Shown: piece after piece, positions 20,875 to 31,327 of the stretch
How positions within the stretch are numbered: the first letter of the stretch is position 1
Layout: every line of letters starts with the position of its first letter
Made by a program: the position numbers and the translations under genes
Notes under the pieces: model-generated
Database searches by the model: none
Told to the model about the DNA's origin: nothing
Seen by the model: only the letters and a program-made list of their open reading frames with translations
Source: Promethearchaeota archaeon
GTDB lineage: Archaea; Asgardarchaeota; Lokiarchaeia; Sigyniarchaeales; SOKP01
Length of the DNA: 64,000 nt
Direction of reading: 5' to 3'
Assembly (NCBI GenBank): GCA_016839705.1
Contig: JAEOTR010000019.1
Coordinates: forward strand, 60,285-124,284

Positions 20875-20938
20875 TTATTCTTTTTTTTTGTTTAATTAAT
20901 TTGTTATTATTGAGTTTTAATTAAAATTAGTAATAAGA

Positions 20939-21280
20939 TCATTTTTTATTGATTTTAACTAAGACTTCCTTGAGATACAATTTCATGAAATATCTTTGGC
21001 TATTACAGTAATCAAGTTTTTGATCACTAGTAAGGTCTGGATAGTTTGATAGAATTGAATGAATATCCACTGATATAGACAGATATTCTTCTTCTGCTTT
21101 AGTTAGATTTAGTCTAGAAAAAGAAAATGGATGGTTTTTGTCTTCAAAAATTAGATGGTTTGAATCTTCCTGTTTAAAAATTTCCGAGACTGGTTCTATT
21201 ATGATATTTGGATTTTTATTATGAAAATAATCATATGGTAAAATTGATTTTATACTAGAGATATTCTTCTCTACACGCAC
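20939..21280 (-). CDS. Hypothetical protein
   Basis: 113-aa ORF; no recognised motif; start uncertain. Confidence 0.45.
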   Translation of the reverse strand: MRVEKNISSIKSILPYDYFHNKNPNIIIEPVSEIFKQEDSNHLIFEDKNHPFSFSRLNLTKAEEEYLSISVDIHSILSNYPDLTSDQKLDYCNSQRYFMKLYLKEVLVKINKK

Positions 21281-21627
21281 TTCAGAGAGTTCTTTGTTAA
21301 TATATCCCTTTGAAATTATACCTCATCTCGGAGAATTTTAAATTTGATATTATTGAAATTAAATTGATATTTATAAAAAGAGCCTCTCCAAATTTAGTGG
21401 AAATGAAAGACATTTGTATAATAATGGGGATAACACATTAAAAAATGATAGGTTAGTTTTATACAAATTTGATAACATATTCTTTAGCGAACTGCGAAAT
21501 GGAATTTTCCAAAAATTAGAGAAGAATATGATAGTTTAACGGAGGTAATAAAAAGGATTCAAAATTAAGAAAGAATGAAAATTCAAGATATATTGACGAC
21601 AAAAAAAGAGAGATAAGTATTTTAATT

Positions 21628-23130
21628 TCAAGCTCTAGATTCTAAATATTTTCCATAATTCCATAAGCGAAATAAACTTATAGCAGCGGCTCTTGCAGAA
21701 TCGTAAATCATTATTCCATATTCTCTAGCTTTAACATAAAACTCATCTATTAAATCAATAGTGTCTTTTCGGGCTCTAGAAATATTTAATAAACATATTA
21801 TATTTTTATTTGAATCCTGTGATACAGTATTTGCAAAGCTTTTAACTACCTCATCCATAGTTAATTTTTCTGAGGTATACCATCCAGGATTAGTTGTAGT
21901 CAATATGGTAGATATATGAGGTTCTTCACCAAGAATTTTCATAACCTTAATCATATTGGGATAACCCCCGTTAGCTCCAAATTCCAAAGGATTTGACAAG
22001 TTTGAATTTACTTCCGGGATAAAATCCCTTATTTTGTTCTGTCCATCTTCAGTTATTCTTGGTATCTTTAGACCGTAAGCCTCACACTCATCTGTTAACT
22101 CTACGGCGGGACCTCCACCTCCTGTTAAAATAGCGGTATTACGATTTTTAGGAATTTTTAGAACTAAAACAGTTTGTATCATTTCTATTAACTCTTTGAA
22201 ATTATTAACAAGGATAACTCCTGTTTGATGGGCCATAGATTTCCACAATTTTATATTACCTGCTAAACCCCCTGTATGGCTCCTTACAGCGCTATGCCCT
22301 GCATTTAATTTACCTCCTTTCCATATTATCACAGGTTTTTCTTTGGTGGTTTCTTTTAGTAGCTTTACAAAATCACTTCCACCTCTCTTTAAGTTCTCTA
22401 CATACATAGTAATTACTTTCGTATCAGGATCGGATCGAAAGTAATTCAAGAAATCAAGTAAATCGAGATCAATCTGGTTTCCAAGAGAAACTATTTTTGA
22501 GAAATTATACCCACTAGCAATCCCCGTATATGCATGTCTATTAGCATTTCCCCCAGATTGACTTATAAAAGCTACAGGTCCACTTACTAATGAAAGTCTA
22601 TGTGAAAAACCAATGCGACCCTTAGGATTATATATCCCCATACAGTTAGGGCCAAGGATGCGTATGTGATTTTCTATGGCTTTCTCTAACAGTTGCTGTT
22701 CAAGCAGTTTTCCTTCTTTACCTAATTCAGAATAACCACTGGAAAATAAATGAGCAAAAAGGACACCTTTTTGTCCTAATTCTTCGATAATTTGAGGAGT
22801 AAATTTAGCAGGAACTGCAACAATTCCAAGATCAATCGGTATATCATCCGGCAAAGACGAAATAGAACCATAAACCTTGAGTCCTTGAATTTCTTCCCCT
22901 TCATACTTTGGATTAACAGGATAGATTGGACCTGAATATCCATATTCTTTAAAAGTTTCCAAATAATGAGATCCCCCCCAGCCTCTTCCTTTGCTAACAC
23001 CCACAACCACTACAGCACGAGGGTTAAATAATCTCTCAAATGGGATGTGTTCTCTCTCAAAAGGGATATTTTTTCTTCTGATTTCTTCCTTTGATTTGAA
23101 ATCAATATCTTTGCCTTCACATGTCGTAAT
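21628..23130 (-). CDS. NDP-forming acyl-CoA synthetase alpha subunit (CoA-binding); start probably upstream of the ORF-track GTG at 23010
   Basis: LFNPRAVVVVG (upstream of 23010), YPVNP, ILGPNCMG, SQSGG, SLGNQ and SHTG phospho-His motif. Confidence 0.88.
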   Translation of the reverse strand: MTTCEGKDIDFKSKEEIRRKNIPFEREHIPFERLFNPRAVVVVGVSKGRGWGGSHYLETFKEYGYSGPIYPVNPKYEGEEIQGLKVYGSISSLPDDIPIDLGIVAVPAKFTPQIIEELGQKGVLFAHLFSSGYSELGKEGKLLEQQLLEKAIENHIRILGPNCMGIYNPKGRIGFSHRLSLVSGPVAFISQSGGNANRHAYTGIASGYNFSKIVSLGNQIDLDLLDFLNYFRSDPDTKVITMYVENLKRGGSDFVKLLKETTKEKPVIIWKGGKLNAGHSAVRSHTGGLAGNIKLWKSMAHQTGVILVNNFKELIEMIQTVLVLKIPKNRNTAILTGGGGPAVELTDECEAYGLKIPRITEDGQNKIRDFIPEVNSNLSNPLEFGANGGYPNMIKVMKILGEEPHISTILTTTNPGWYTSEKLTMDEVVKSFANTVSQDSNKNIICLLNISRARKDTIDLIDEFYVKAREYGIMIYDSARAAAISLFRLWNYGKYLESRA

Positions 23131-23229
23131 AGTAATACACCAATTATTATTAACTCCTATTTCTAAAATTATGAATTAAGGATAAGTAAAAAATTTTGTT
23201 AAAAAAAAAGAGATTTTAAAAAAATTAAA

Positions 23230-23796
23230 TTACAGCTTGGATCCACAATTTGGGCAAAAACTACCGCTTATTTCTATTTTATGACCACAATAGACACAGT
23301 AATTCTTACCTTCAGTAGGTAAAGGGGATTCTAATTTTTTAGCTGGAGGAACATATTCAGTTGCTTGAGAGTATGTAATTCCTTGACCTAATATAATTTG
23401 TCCTGATTCAGAATTAAAACTATATTTTGCAACTCCTTTTCTGCGTAAGTCTTGTAAAACACGGAGGATATCTTTTGGTCTCATACCTATCTCTAATGCT
23501 ATATGTTCGAGTTTGTGTGTACCTGTGAAGTTTCTTTGGATGAGAGCATTTTTGACTACTTGTTGATATTTATAATTTCGATAGACCTGTGTAAATCCCC
23601 CAATAAAGATAAAAAAGGCTGGAATAAAAAGCCAGTAACCCCAACTTGCTAAGCCTATAAACTCTATGTTATAACTTCTGAAAAACAATGATAATATTGC
23701 GACAAAGAGAAAAACAATTGCGGTAGCAAATGTCCCAATAGCGGAAGTATAATCCTCTTTATAATAATATCTATGTTTATATTTTTCATCTGACAT
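23230..23796 (-). CDS. Membrane protein with winged-helix-like segment and C-terminal zinc ribbon
   Basis: Two TM helices; LEHIALEIGMRPKDILRVL; YCVYCG...FCPNCGSKL. Confidence 0.75.
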   Translation of the reverse strand: MSDEKYKHRYYYKEDYTSAIGTFATAIVFLFVAILSLFFRSYNIEFIGLASWGYWLFIPAFFIFIGGFTQVYRNYKYQQVVKNALIQRNFTGTHKLEHIALEIGMRPKDILRVLQDLRRKGVAKYSFNSESGQIILGQGITYSQATEYVPPAKKLESPLPTEGKNYCVYCGHKIEISGSFCPNCGSKL

Positions 23797-23976
23797 TTTT
23801 TCAACAACTTCCTTAAATTGAGTATTCTTTGATAAGGATTTATTCTTTATTATTTAAATTGTTTTAAGAGTCCGATCTTTAATGAATAATATAAACTGTT
23901 TACAAAATCGCTAGTTTCATTATAAAATGTGCATATTTAATATAATATAATTTAGGATCATGTTTAGAATAGAAGA

Positions 23977-24750
23977 TCATAACTCCTTTAACCAATCTGT
24001 ATTTTTTTTCAAGTGTTCGTACTCATTAATATCTCCAAAATCTCCCCGAAATTGATTTTTAGCCATTTTTATAACTCTTACTTTCCATTGTTGCTTTGAA
24101 ATACCAAAATTGATTGCTTCAGTTAATTCGATTTCTCCTCTTATTGAAGGTTTTAAATTTTTTAAAACAGTAAAAATAGCTTCTGATAAAATAAAAATTC
24201 CGCAATTATTAAGCTTCGATCTAAATTTACCTTTAGGAGGTTTTTCAGTTACCTCAATACAATATTTTCCTTCACAATTAACAATTGCACCTTTATAGGG
24301 ATCATCTGTGTAATTTGTTACCATTATGTAATTTGGTTTTTCTTTTTTAAATGTCGTAACAACTTCATTGTAAACATGATAAGAAACTAAAATATCTCCC
24401 CAAGTTAGAAAAAAATGACTTTCTTTTATCAGATCGTCACATAACAATAAAGCTCCTCCGGTACCATTTATTTCTGTTTGTTCGATGTATTCAATATTAA
24501 TTCCCCATTTATTTCCACCTTGAAAGTAATTAATTATTTGCTCCTTTAGGTAACCCACCACAATAATAAAATCTTTAAAACCTGCTTGGATTAATCCATT
24601 AATAATATATTCCAATAGTGGCTTACCATGAACAGAAATCATTGATTTCTGGTATGTATTAGTATAAGGTTTCATGCGTTTACCCTGACCAGCGCTTAAA
24701 ATAACTGCTTTCAGCACAATTCGACTCCTTTCTTGGTTTTTATTAAACAA
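23977..24750 (-). CDS. Sugar-phosphate nucleotidyltransferase (likely start at the downstream GTG of VLKAVIL)
   Basis: AVILSAGQGKRMKP, GTGGAL, EKP and SIRGEIEL motifs. Confidence 0.9.
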   Translation of the reverse strand: MFNKNQERSRIVLKAVILSAGQGKRMKPYTNTYQKSMISVHGKPLLEYIINGLIQAGFKDFIIVVGYLKEQIINYFQGGNKWGINIEYIEQTEINGTGGALLLCDDLIKESHFFLTWGDILVSYHVYNEVVTTFKKEKPNYIMVTNYTDDPYKGAIVNCEGKYCIEVTEKPPKGKFRSKLNNCGIFILSEAIFTVLKNLKPSIRGEIELTEAINFGISKQQWKVRVIKMAKNQFRGDFGDINEYEHLKKNTDWLKEL

Positions 24751-24985
24751 TAGTTATTACTATTAAAGAGCTCAATAAGATTTTTTGATATTATTATTCC
24801 TTTTGCTGCGAAGTATACAAAATTTCTATGAGCCCTAAGTTTGATCATTTTATAAAGTATAAGTATATTATTCTGGTATCACTGAAGTATTATAATTCTT
24901 TTTTTTTCAATTTAAGTAGATTATATTAATTTGGTAGAACAGTTTCAGTTCTATTGATTAGAAACGACCTACTTGGCTGAGATTA

Positions 24986-25738
24986 ATGATTTGTGACGTT
25001 TTGATAATAAAAGATGGTTTACCGTTGCTATCTAAGAGTTTTTCTAATTCTTCTAATGTCAAAAATATGTTCTCAGAAATAGATAATCTAATAATGGTAT
25101 CTGGATTTTTCTCCGCATTGAATTCATTTTCAAACTCCTTCGAATCACTCGGATGCATAAGTGAGTTGAAGATGGATAATTCTAATTTAAAATTATCTTT
25201 TTTAAGGGACCCACACGTCCCAGAATTGATTTTTCTAGCTACATTTGATAGTGACTCAGATGTAAAAAGCGTTAAAAGCTTTTTAAAAAAAATTTCAACC
25301 CTCTTTTTCGAAAAATTTGATATTAATCAAATTGCAAAATGGAATGGAAAATTAGATAGTTTTAAATCTTTTGAGAATATAATCGAAGAATGTATGAATG
25401 AGAATGAAACAGTTAAACATACTCAGCAAAATACCAAAGCATTTGACTGGTTAACAAGTTTTGAAACAGTTGATATTGTTAAAACTGAAGAAGAACTTGA
25501 AGTAAGTACTCCAGATCCTGAATTCTATAACTTTATCCCATGTTTTGAGGGCTCTGGTTCAAAAATTATAAATCCTAAAAATTACCTCACAGGAGATACT
25601 TCTTATAAAGTATATGATAAAATTGATGGGAAGAAAACAATCAACCAGATTACGAAAGAACTAGATAATCTTGATCAAACCAAAGTGTATAACATATGTA
25701 AAAATCTTGTTAAAATGGGATTTATCTCTTTTAACTGA
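24986..25738 (+). CDS. Longin/roadblock-like domain protein with C-terminal winged helix
   Basis: N-terminal DVLIIKDGLPL...MVSGFFSALNSFS pattern typical of Asgard longin-like proteins; C-terminal IDGKKTINQI...ICKNLVKMGFI. Confidence 0.65.
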   Translation: MICDVLIIKDGLPLLSKSFSNSSNVKNMFSEIDNLIMVSGFFSALNSFSNSFESLGCISELKMDNSNLKLSFLRDPHVPELIFLATFDSDSDVKSVKSFLKKISTLFFEKFDINQIAKWNGKLDSFKSFENIIEECMNENETVKHTQQNTKAFDWLTSFETVDIVKTEEELEVSTPDPEFYNFIPCFEGSGSKIINPKNYLTGDTSYKVYDKIDGKKTINQITKELDNLDQTKVYNICKNLVKMGFISFN

Positions 25739-25833
25739 TTTTTTTACCACAAAGGCTATTTTTTTATTATTTAATATTAAAATTAACATTTTCTTATTAC
25801 AAACAAATAAATATTTACAAAATTTTGTAATGG

Positions 25834-27963
25834 TTGAGTAAAAATTTACAATTATATGAGTTTTGGTGTAATAAGATTTCTCTAACAAATTCCGCGGAAT
25901 TTAAGTCGACTTCAATTGATGTCCTGATTGATAAACTTAAAGAAACCACTGGATTGAAATTTGATCAATATCAAAGGCAGTTTATTGAGAAAAGAATCTC
26001 CTTTCGGATGAAGAATCTCAAAATAGATTTGTATCAGGACTATATTGAATACATTCGTAAAAATCCTATCGAAGTTGATTTATTTTTAGATAAATTTACA
26101 ATCAATTATACTTATTTTTTCAGAAATCTTAGTGTTTTTGAGAATTTTGAGAAATTTATTAAATTCTATGTTAAAAGTAATAAAAAGGAAGTCTTAAAGA
26201 TTTGGTCTGCCCCGTGTGCAACCGGTGACGAACCTTATACACTCGCAATGATACTAGATAATTTAAAAAAGACAAATACAAATTTCCCTGATTTTAAAAT
26301 ATTTGATTCTGATATTGATACTAATGCACTTAAAATAGCAGATGAGGGGATTTACGGAGAATATGCTGTGCATGAAATGCCAAAACATTACTTAAATGCT
26401 TATTTTTCAAAAGAAATTAATGAACTTGGTCCAAAATTTACGCTTAGCAATGATATTAAGAACAAAGTCGAATTCATTCAGGAAGACATTATTAGGGAAC
26501 ATAAAACAAAAAATGTTTATGATGTGATCTTTTGTCGAAATTTCTTTATTTATATTAATCACCATGCTCGTGAAAACTTGTTGTGAAATCTAGATAAAAG
26601 GATACATGAGAGTGGTTTATTAGTATTAGGAGGTTCTGAGAATATACCAAGGGAAAATTCAGTTTTTAGTACCCTCAGTATTAGAGACCATTTTTATATC
26701 AAAAACTTATTCAATAAGTCTGAATCCTATAAAAATGCATTAACTTCTCTCTTTCCAAGACAGAATATAAATAGATCTACAAAAAACTATTCTCTTTCAA
26801 AAAATCTTACTGGGGTAAAAGAAATAAAAAAGAATTCTAAAATTCTCCCTAAAATTAACAAAATTGCTAAAACTATAATGAAAAATGAGAAGGTCAACAA
26901 AGAAAAGAAATTGGGAGAGTCTGAACCAACAAAAGCATCTGAATCCACTGAAGTTAAAATCACAGGACTTGTGGTTAATAATGGAATTAAAAGTCAATTC
27001 CCAGATACTAAGCGGTCTTCTTCCTTAGAACGCGTGGAGAATTTCAATAAAAATCAACACAAAAAATTAAAACAAAGGGAATTACTCCTCAAACAGCGAG
27101 AAATAAATATCGAATATAAAATAAAACATTTAGAAGACCAATTCAAAATTTTAGAAAAGGAACGAAAAGAAGTGAAAGAGCTCCTTTATGAAACAAATAA
27201 TAAAGATAAGGACATCACAAATCGTTTATTAGTTTTAGAACGTGTTTCAAGACAAATTGAGCAAAGAGAGAGAAGTTTAAAACTAAAAGAAGAACAATTA
27301 GAAAAACGATTAGTTAAGATGGAACAATATTCTAAAAATATGCTCCAACAAGAGCTTCAAATAAAAAATATTTCGAAAGAACTAGATAATCTCGATGAAA
27401 CAGAAAGAGTTTTTTCCCTTTATGAAGAAAGAAGAATGGATCAAGTGAAGAATCCTAAAAATAAGAAAGAATTAACAATCAAGATAGGATATTATAGCTT
27501 AATCCATTCATTTGATCAAAATACAACTGCAACAAAATTTAGGATCAAAGGTCTTGGTTCAGGCATTGGTTTAATTCTAAGAGATCCAAAAAATCATGTG
27601 TTTGCCATGTCTCATATTTCACTACCAAGCTCATTGGCCTCAAAACAAGGATATCATTTACTTTTTCCACATACATTTGCAGACACATCAGCGAAAGATT
27701 TACTTAATAATTTATTATACAATGGTGCTAATAGAGTAAATATTAAAGCTTTTATTGTCGGTGGGGCAAAAATATTTTTAGATTATGATATGACTTATCA
27801 AGAGAATATTGATACTGTTAAAAAGGAATTACAATCGTTAAAAATTGAAATAGAGGCTGAAGATGTCGGAGGATTGAGTGAAAGATCTGTAATTTATGAT
27901 ACTATTAATGATTCCCTCTTTGTTAAGAAATCTTGGGAATTTCAGTATAGAAAAATCGTTTAA
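25834..27963 (+). CDS. cheR: CheR methyltransferase - coiled coil - CheD-like fusion, interrupted by one in-frame TGA (26584-26586)
   Basis: TINYTYFFRN, IWSAPCATGDEPYT and DVIFCRNFFIY; the frame stays open after the TGA (NLDKRIHESGLLVLGGSE completes CheR) into ORF 26878..27963, which carries GLGSGIGLILRD, MSHISLP, FADT, VGGAKIF and EDVGG of CheD. Confidence 0.8.
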
Positions 27964-28007
27964 GTTTTTTTTTATAGATAACAGTATAATTGATAATGAC
28001 AAAAAAA

Positions 28008-28952
28008 TTAGTATTTGAAAATATCAAAAATCCAAGCTTTCCCCCCAGCATTATTGATAGCTTGAGCAACTTCTTTCTGTTTTCGAGGTGCTATTGCCAC
28101 TATGCATCCTCCTCCTCCCGCACCCATTTGTTTCACACCTAAGGCCCCTGCATTCATTGCTGCGTTACATAGTTCTAAAATCTTTTTTGTATCGGCTTTC
28201 AGAATTCCTTCCTGTTTTTGCTGTAAATTCATTAATTCACCTAACTTTGAATAGTCTCTTCTTAATATAGCGTCTCTCGCTTGATACACGCAATTTTCAA
28301 TTACGTTAAAAGCTTCTAATGTTATTGGATCTTTCTCCTTAATTTGATTTTTCACCCTATTTAATATAGAGGACGATTTCCTTTCTTCCAGAGAATCTCC
28401 AACGACTATAGGTAATTCATCGATGTCTAAATATTCAACACTTGGATTTTCATGAGTTTGAATAAAGACAATGCCACCAAATGTCTCGGTATATTGATCA
28501 AGGCGACCGCATTGAATATCTAGATCAATATTCTCTCCTAGATACGCTAATTCTGCGATTTCTTTTTTTGAAAGTTTTAAATCATACGCTTGATTTATAG
28601 CTTTAATAAAACCAATAGATAAAGCTGCTGATGTAGATAATCCTGCTCCAATGGGAATATCAGAATCTACTTCTAAAGAAAAGCCTTTTTTTATGTATTT
28701 TCTTAATCTCTCATAAAGCACGCTCCAGTAAGAAAGGTCTATATTTGTTGGGGGAGATTCACCTACCTTAAATTTAGTTCTTTCTTTTGTGTTATTACTA
28801 TAGAATTCGATCATATCATCCTTGTTTTCTTCATAGTTGATAGTCATCATTAAGTTTATAGCCATTCCTATAACAGGTTTACCTAAAAGATCAACCTTAT
28901 CACCCATTAGACAAATTCGACCGGGGACCTTTACAGTAATATTTTTCTTCAC
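28008..28952 (-). CDS. GHMP kinase (mevalonate kinase/galactokinase family; substrate uncertain)
   Basis: VPGRICLMGD, IPIGAGLSTSAA, CGRLDQ and GAGGGGC motifs. Confidence 0.85.
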   Translation of the reverse strand: MKKNITVKVPGRICLMGDKVDLLGKPVIGMAINLMMTINYEENKDDMIEFYSNNTKERTKFKVGESPPTNIDLSYWSVLYERLRKYIKKGFSLEVDSDIPIGAGLSTSAALSIGFIKAINQAYDLKLSKKEIAELAYLGENIDLDIQCGRLDQYTETFGGIVFIQTHENPSVEYLDIDELPIVVGDSLEERKSSSILNRVKNQIKEKDPITLEAFNVIENCVYQARDAILRRDYSKLGELMNLQQKQEGILKADTKKILELCNAAMNAGALGVKQMGAGGGGCIVAIAPRKQKEVAQAINNAGGKAWIFDIFKY

Positions 28953-29026
28953 ACTAAGAGAACCTCAATAAAAAGCTATATATTCATAGGGTAAATAATC
29001 CAAAATCGATAAAAAAAGTAACTCGT

Positions 29027-29332
29027 TTATGTTTGTTTCCTTTTTAGTTGAGCTTTTTTTCTTTTACGATCCATTTCTTTAATTTGTTCTTCTAATCCAC
29101 TTAACTGCGAATCAGCTTTTCCCTCCAGTTTAAATCGTCCAAAAATTTTACTTTCTTCATGGTCACCTGTCTTCGAGATTTTTTCAAAAGATAGATCTAT
29201 CGGTAATTCTTGATTTAAGGCTAAATTTATAAAGTTAATAAAACCAATATGCTTACTTGGACTTATTGGAAATTTTATACTTATCTCTTTATTTTTCTTA
29301 GTTTTCGTTTTTAAAATTAATCTTAACTTCAA
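29027..29332 (-). CDS. Hypothetical protein
   Basis: 101-aa basic ORF, co-oriented with the GHMP kinase. Confidence 0.6.
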   Translation of the reverse strand: MKLRLILKTKTKKNKEISIKFPISPSKHIGFINFINLALNQELPIDLSFEKISKTGDHEESKIFGRFKLEGKADSQLSGLEEQIKEMDRKRKKAQLKRKQT

Positions 29333-29485
29333 CGATTTTCAATCTCTTTATTGTTTATATTGTTTAAGTGAATTAATTATATATTTAAAATAATTAAAAT
29401 AAAAAAACTATGTTATTTTATAAAGTGAAATATATTTTAATTTAACTCACTTAAGAGTTTGAATTAATCATAGTAAATATGTAAA

Positions 29486-30118
29486 TTGCCATCTAAATAC
29501 CGATTAAGATATATTTTTAAACCATTTGTAAAGCTGGTAGCGAAAGGTTTAATTAAAATTGGAGTTTCACCAAATCTAGCTACCGTTATAATGCTCTGTT
29601 TTTCGATCTCAAGTTATATATCAATTGGATTTTATCAAAATCTTCTATTATTTTCCATTTTAGTGTTTATTACGGGGATAATGGATGGATGTGATGGAGC
29701 AATTGCTAGATTGACTAATAAATCTACAAAATTCGGGGCTTTTTTTGATTCGGTCATGGACAGAATTTCAGAGTTTTTTATATTTTTAGGATTGTATATT
29801 TATAATCAAAATCGATTCCTTTGGAATATAATTGACATGAAATTGATAATATTCATTACTTTTTTAGCCTCAATAATGATCAGTTATACAAGAGCACGAG
29901 CCGAAAATTTTTTTAAAGGAGATTTTGATATAGGTCTTATGGCTCGGTCTGAGAGATTGTTTTATTTAGTTATAACGATGATAATTTCTTTTTTTTTTAA
30001 TTTTGTTAATGAATTTCTTTTCATATTCATGTGGCTTGTATTAAGTACCTTTATTTTTAGAATGATAAAAATATATCATTTAATGAAAGGAATACAATTT
30101 TCAAAATTAGCAGATTAG
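29486..30118 (+). CDS. CDP-alcohol phosphatidyltransferase (archaetidylinositol phosphate synthase-like)
   Basis: DGCDGAIAR...GAFFDSVMDR signature; SYTRARAE and GLMARSER. Confidence 0.9.
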   Translation: MPSKYRLRYIFKPFVKLVAKGLIKIGVSPNLATVIMLCFSISSYISIGFYQNLLLFSILVFITGIMDGCDGAIARLTNKSTKFGAFFDSVMDRISEFFIFLGLYIYNQNRFLWNIIDMKLIIFITFLASIMISYTRARAENFFKGDFDIGLMARSERLFYLVITMIISFFFNFVNEFLFIFMWLVLSTFIFRMIKIYHLMKGIQFSKLAD

Positions 30119-30131
30119 AATAATTTTTCAA

Positions 30132-30842
30132 TTACTTTTTAGTAAATTCAATTCTCAATCGATCTCCATCTTTTAATTTTAACTTCTCTCTCAAGTAATC
30201 TTCTGCAAGAATTTCAACGATATTTTTCTTATGATGAGTCCTTTTTATTTTTAAAATAGCTGAATCTACTTTAACATCTTGGTTGTCTAATCGTGAAACA
30301 GAACAAATGAAACAATCTACAGCACCATATGTACGTCCTAACTTATTGTCTTCAAAACCTTCAATTCTCACAGGTATTTGATTTTTTAGATTTTCTTCTA
30401 ATAGTTCCTTATTGAGATCGCTTAATTGTATATTTAACGTTCCAAAATATGGTTTAAATCCAAGTTTTTCCTGAAATTGTGCTAAATAACCTGGAATTCT
30501 AACATAATATCCACCCTCTTTCATTCCTTCAGTGACTTCGCCAACAATTAGAATTTCTTCTAAAATTTGTCTTAAATTTTTGTACATGGCAAGGATTACA
30601 TCTGCTCCTTTCTTGGTGATTCTTATTACTTGATCTTTTCCAATAATTTTTCTCTGAATCCAGCCGATTTCTTCCAAATCATTTATTCGACGAGAGGCCG
30701 TTTGTTGGGATAAATTTAAAATCTTCCCAAACTCAGTACTGCTGATATGTATAGCCTTTTGACTTCCTATATTTTGACAAAGATGATAAAGGGCGAACCA
30801 ATTAGCATAATTATCTTGAGAAATTTCCTTATTCAATTTCAT
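30132..30842 (-). CDS. ribK: CTP-dependent riboflavin kinase with N-terminal HTH (RbkR type)
   Basis: SQQTASRR HTH; GMKEGGYY, GFKPYFGTLN and LREKLKLKDGD. Confidence 0.92.
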   Translation of the reverse strand: MKLNKEISQDNYANWFALYHLCQNIGSQKAIHISSTEFGKILNLSQQTASRRINDLEEIGWIQRKIIGKDQVIRITKKGADVILAMYKNLRQILEEILIVGEVTEGMKEGGYYVRIPGYLAQFQEKLGFKPYFGTLNIQLSDLNKELLEENLKNQIPVRIEGFEDNKLGRTYGAVDCFICSVSRLDNQDVKVDSAILKIKRTHHKKNIVEILAEDYLREKLKLKDGDRLRIEFTKK

Positions 30843-31300
30843 GATTCTTTATTATTTTCTTTATATTTTTCAATGATTTTTTGTTTTATTTGGCTTGAGC
30901 TATGCAACTCATATTTTTTATAATAGATTTCAAGTTTTTTTACTTCAATATTGTTTAATCCCATATCTGTTAGACCTTTTTTAAGAGTTTTAATGCTATA
31001 CTTTTGATCTGGGCCAAGTAAAACTATGTCTGGTTTTATATCCTTTACAGTCTTTAGGGTATCATTATCATGCCTTCCTAATTTTGCATCCTTGACATTT
31101 TTTATACTTTTCATGACCGCTAGTCTTTGTTCTTCTGGAATAATTGGTGCTTCTCCTGAATACAATTCTCGATTTTTATCAGTAGCCACGACTACATAAA
31201 CTTCTCCAAGTTTAGCGGCTTCGTTGATTAAATAAATATGTCCTGGATGTATTATATCGAATGTCCCTGCAATTAATACTTTTTTCGCTATTTTATTCAC
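30839..31300 (-). CDS. ribL: Archaeal FAD synthetase
   Basis: GTFDIIHPGH, PDIVLLGPDQ and SSSQIK; overlaps ribK. Confidence 0.88.
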   Translation of the reverse strand: MNKIAKKVLIAGTFDIIHPGHIYLINEAAKLGEVYVVVATDKNRELYSGEAPIIPEEQRLAVMKSIKNVKDAKLGRHDNDTLKTVKDIKPDIVLLGPDQKYSIKTLKKGLTDMGLNNIEVKKLEIYYKKYELHSSSQIKQKIIEKYKENNKES

Positions 31301-31327
31301 CTATTCCCATAATTACTCGCAAGATTT

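Noticed and set aside
21281-21627. 350-nt intergenic stretch as a possible ncRNA or gene remnant
   Set aside because: Only short frames and no convincing helices or motifs found by eye
27964-28030. ATGA...TTTGA downstream of the CheR-CheD gene as a possible SECIS element
   Set aside because: It lies after a T-tract, and the stem is only about 4 bp, far shorter than a SECIS helix
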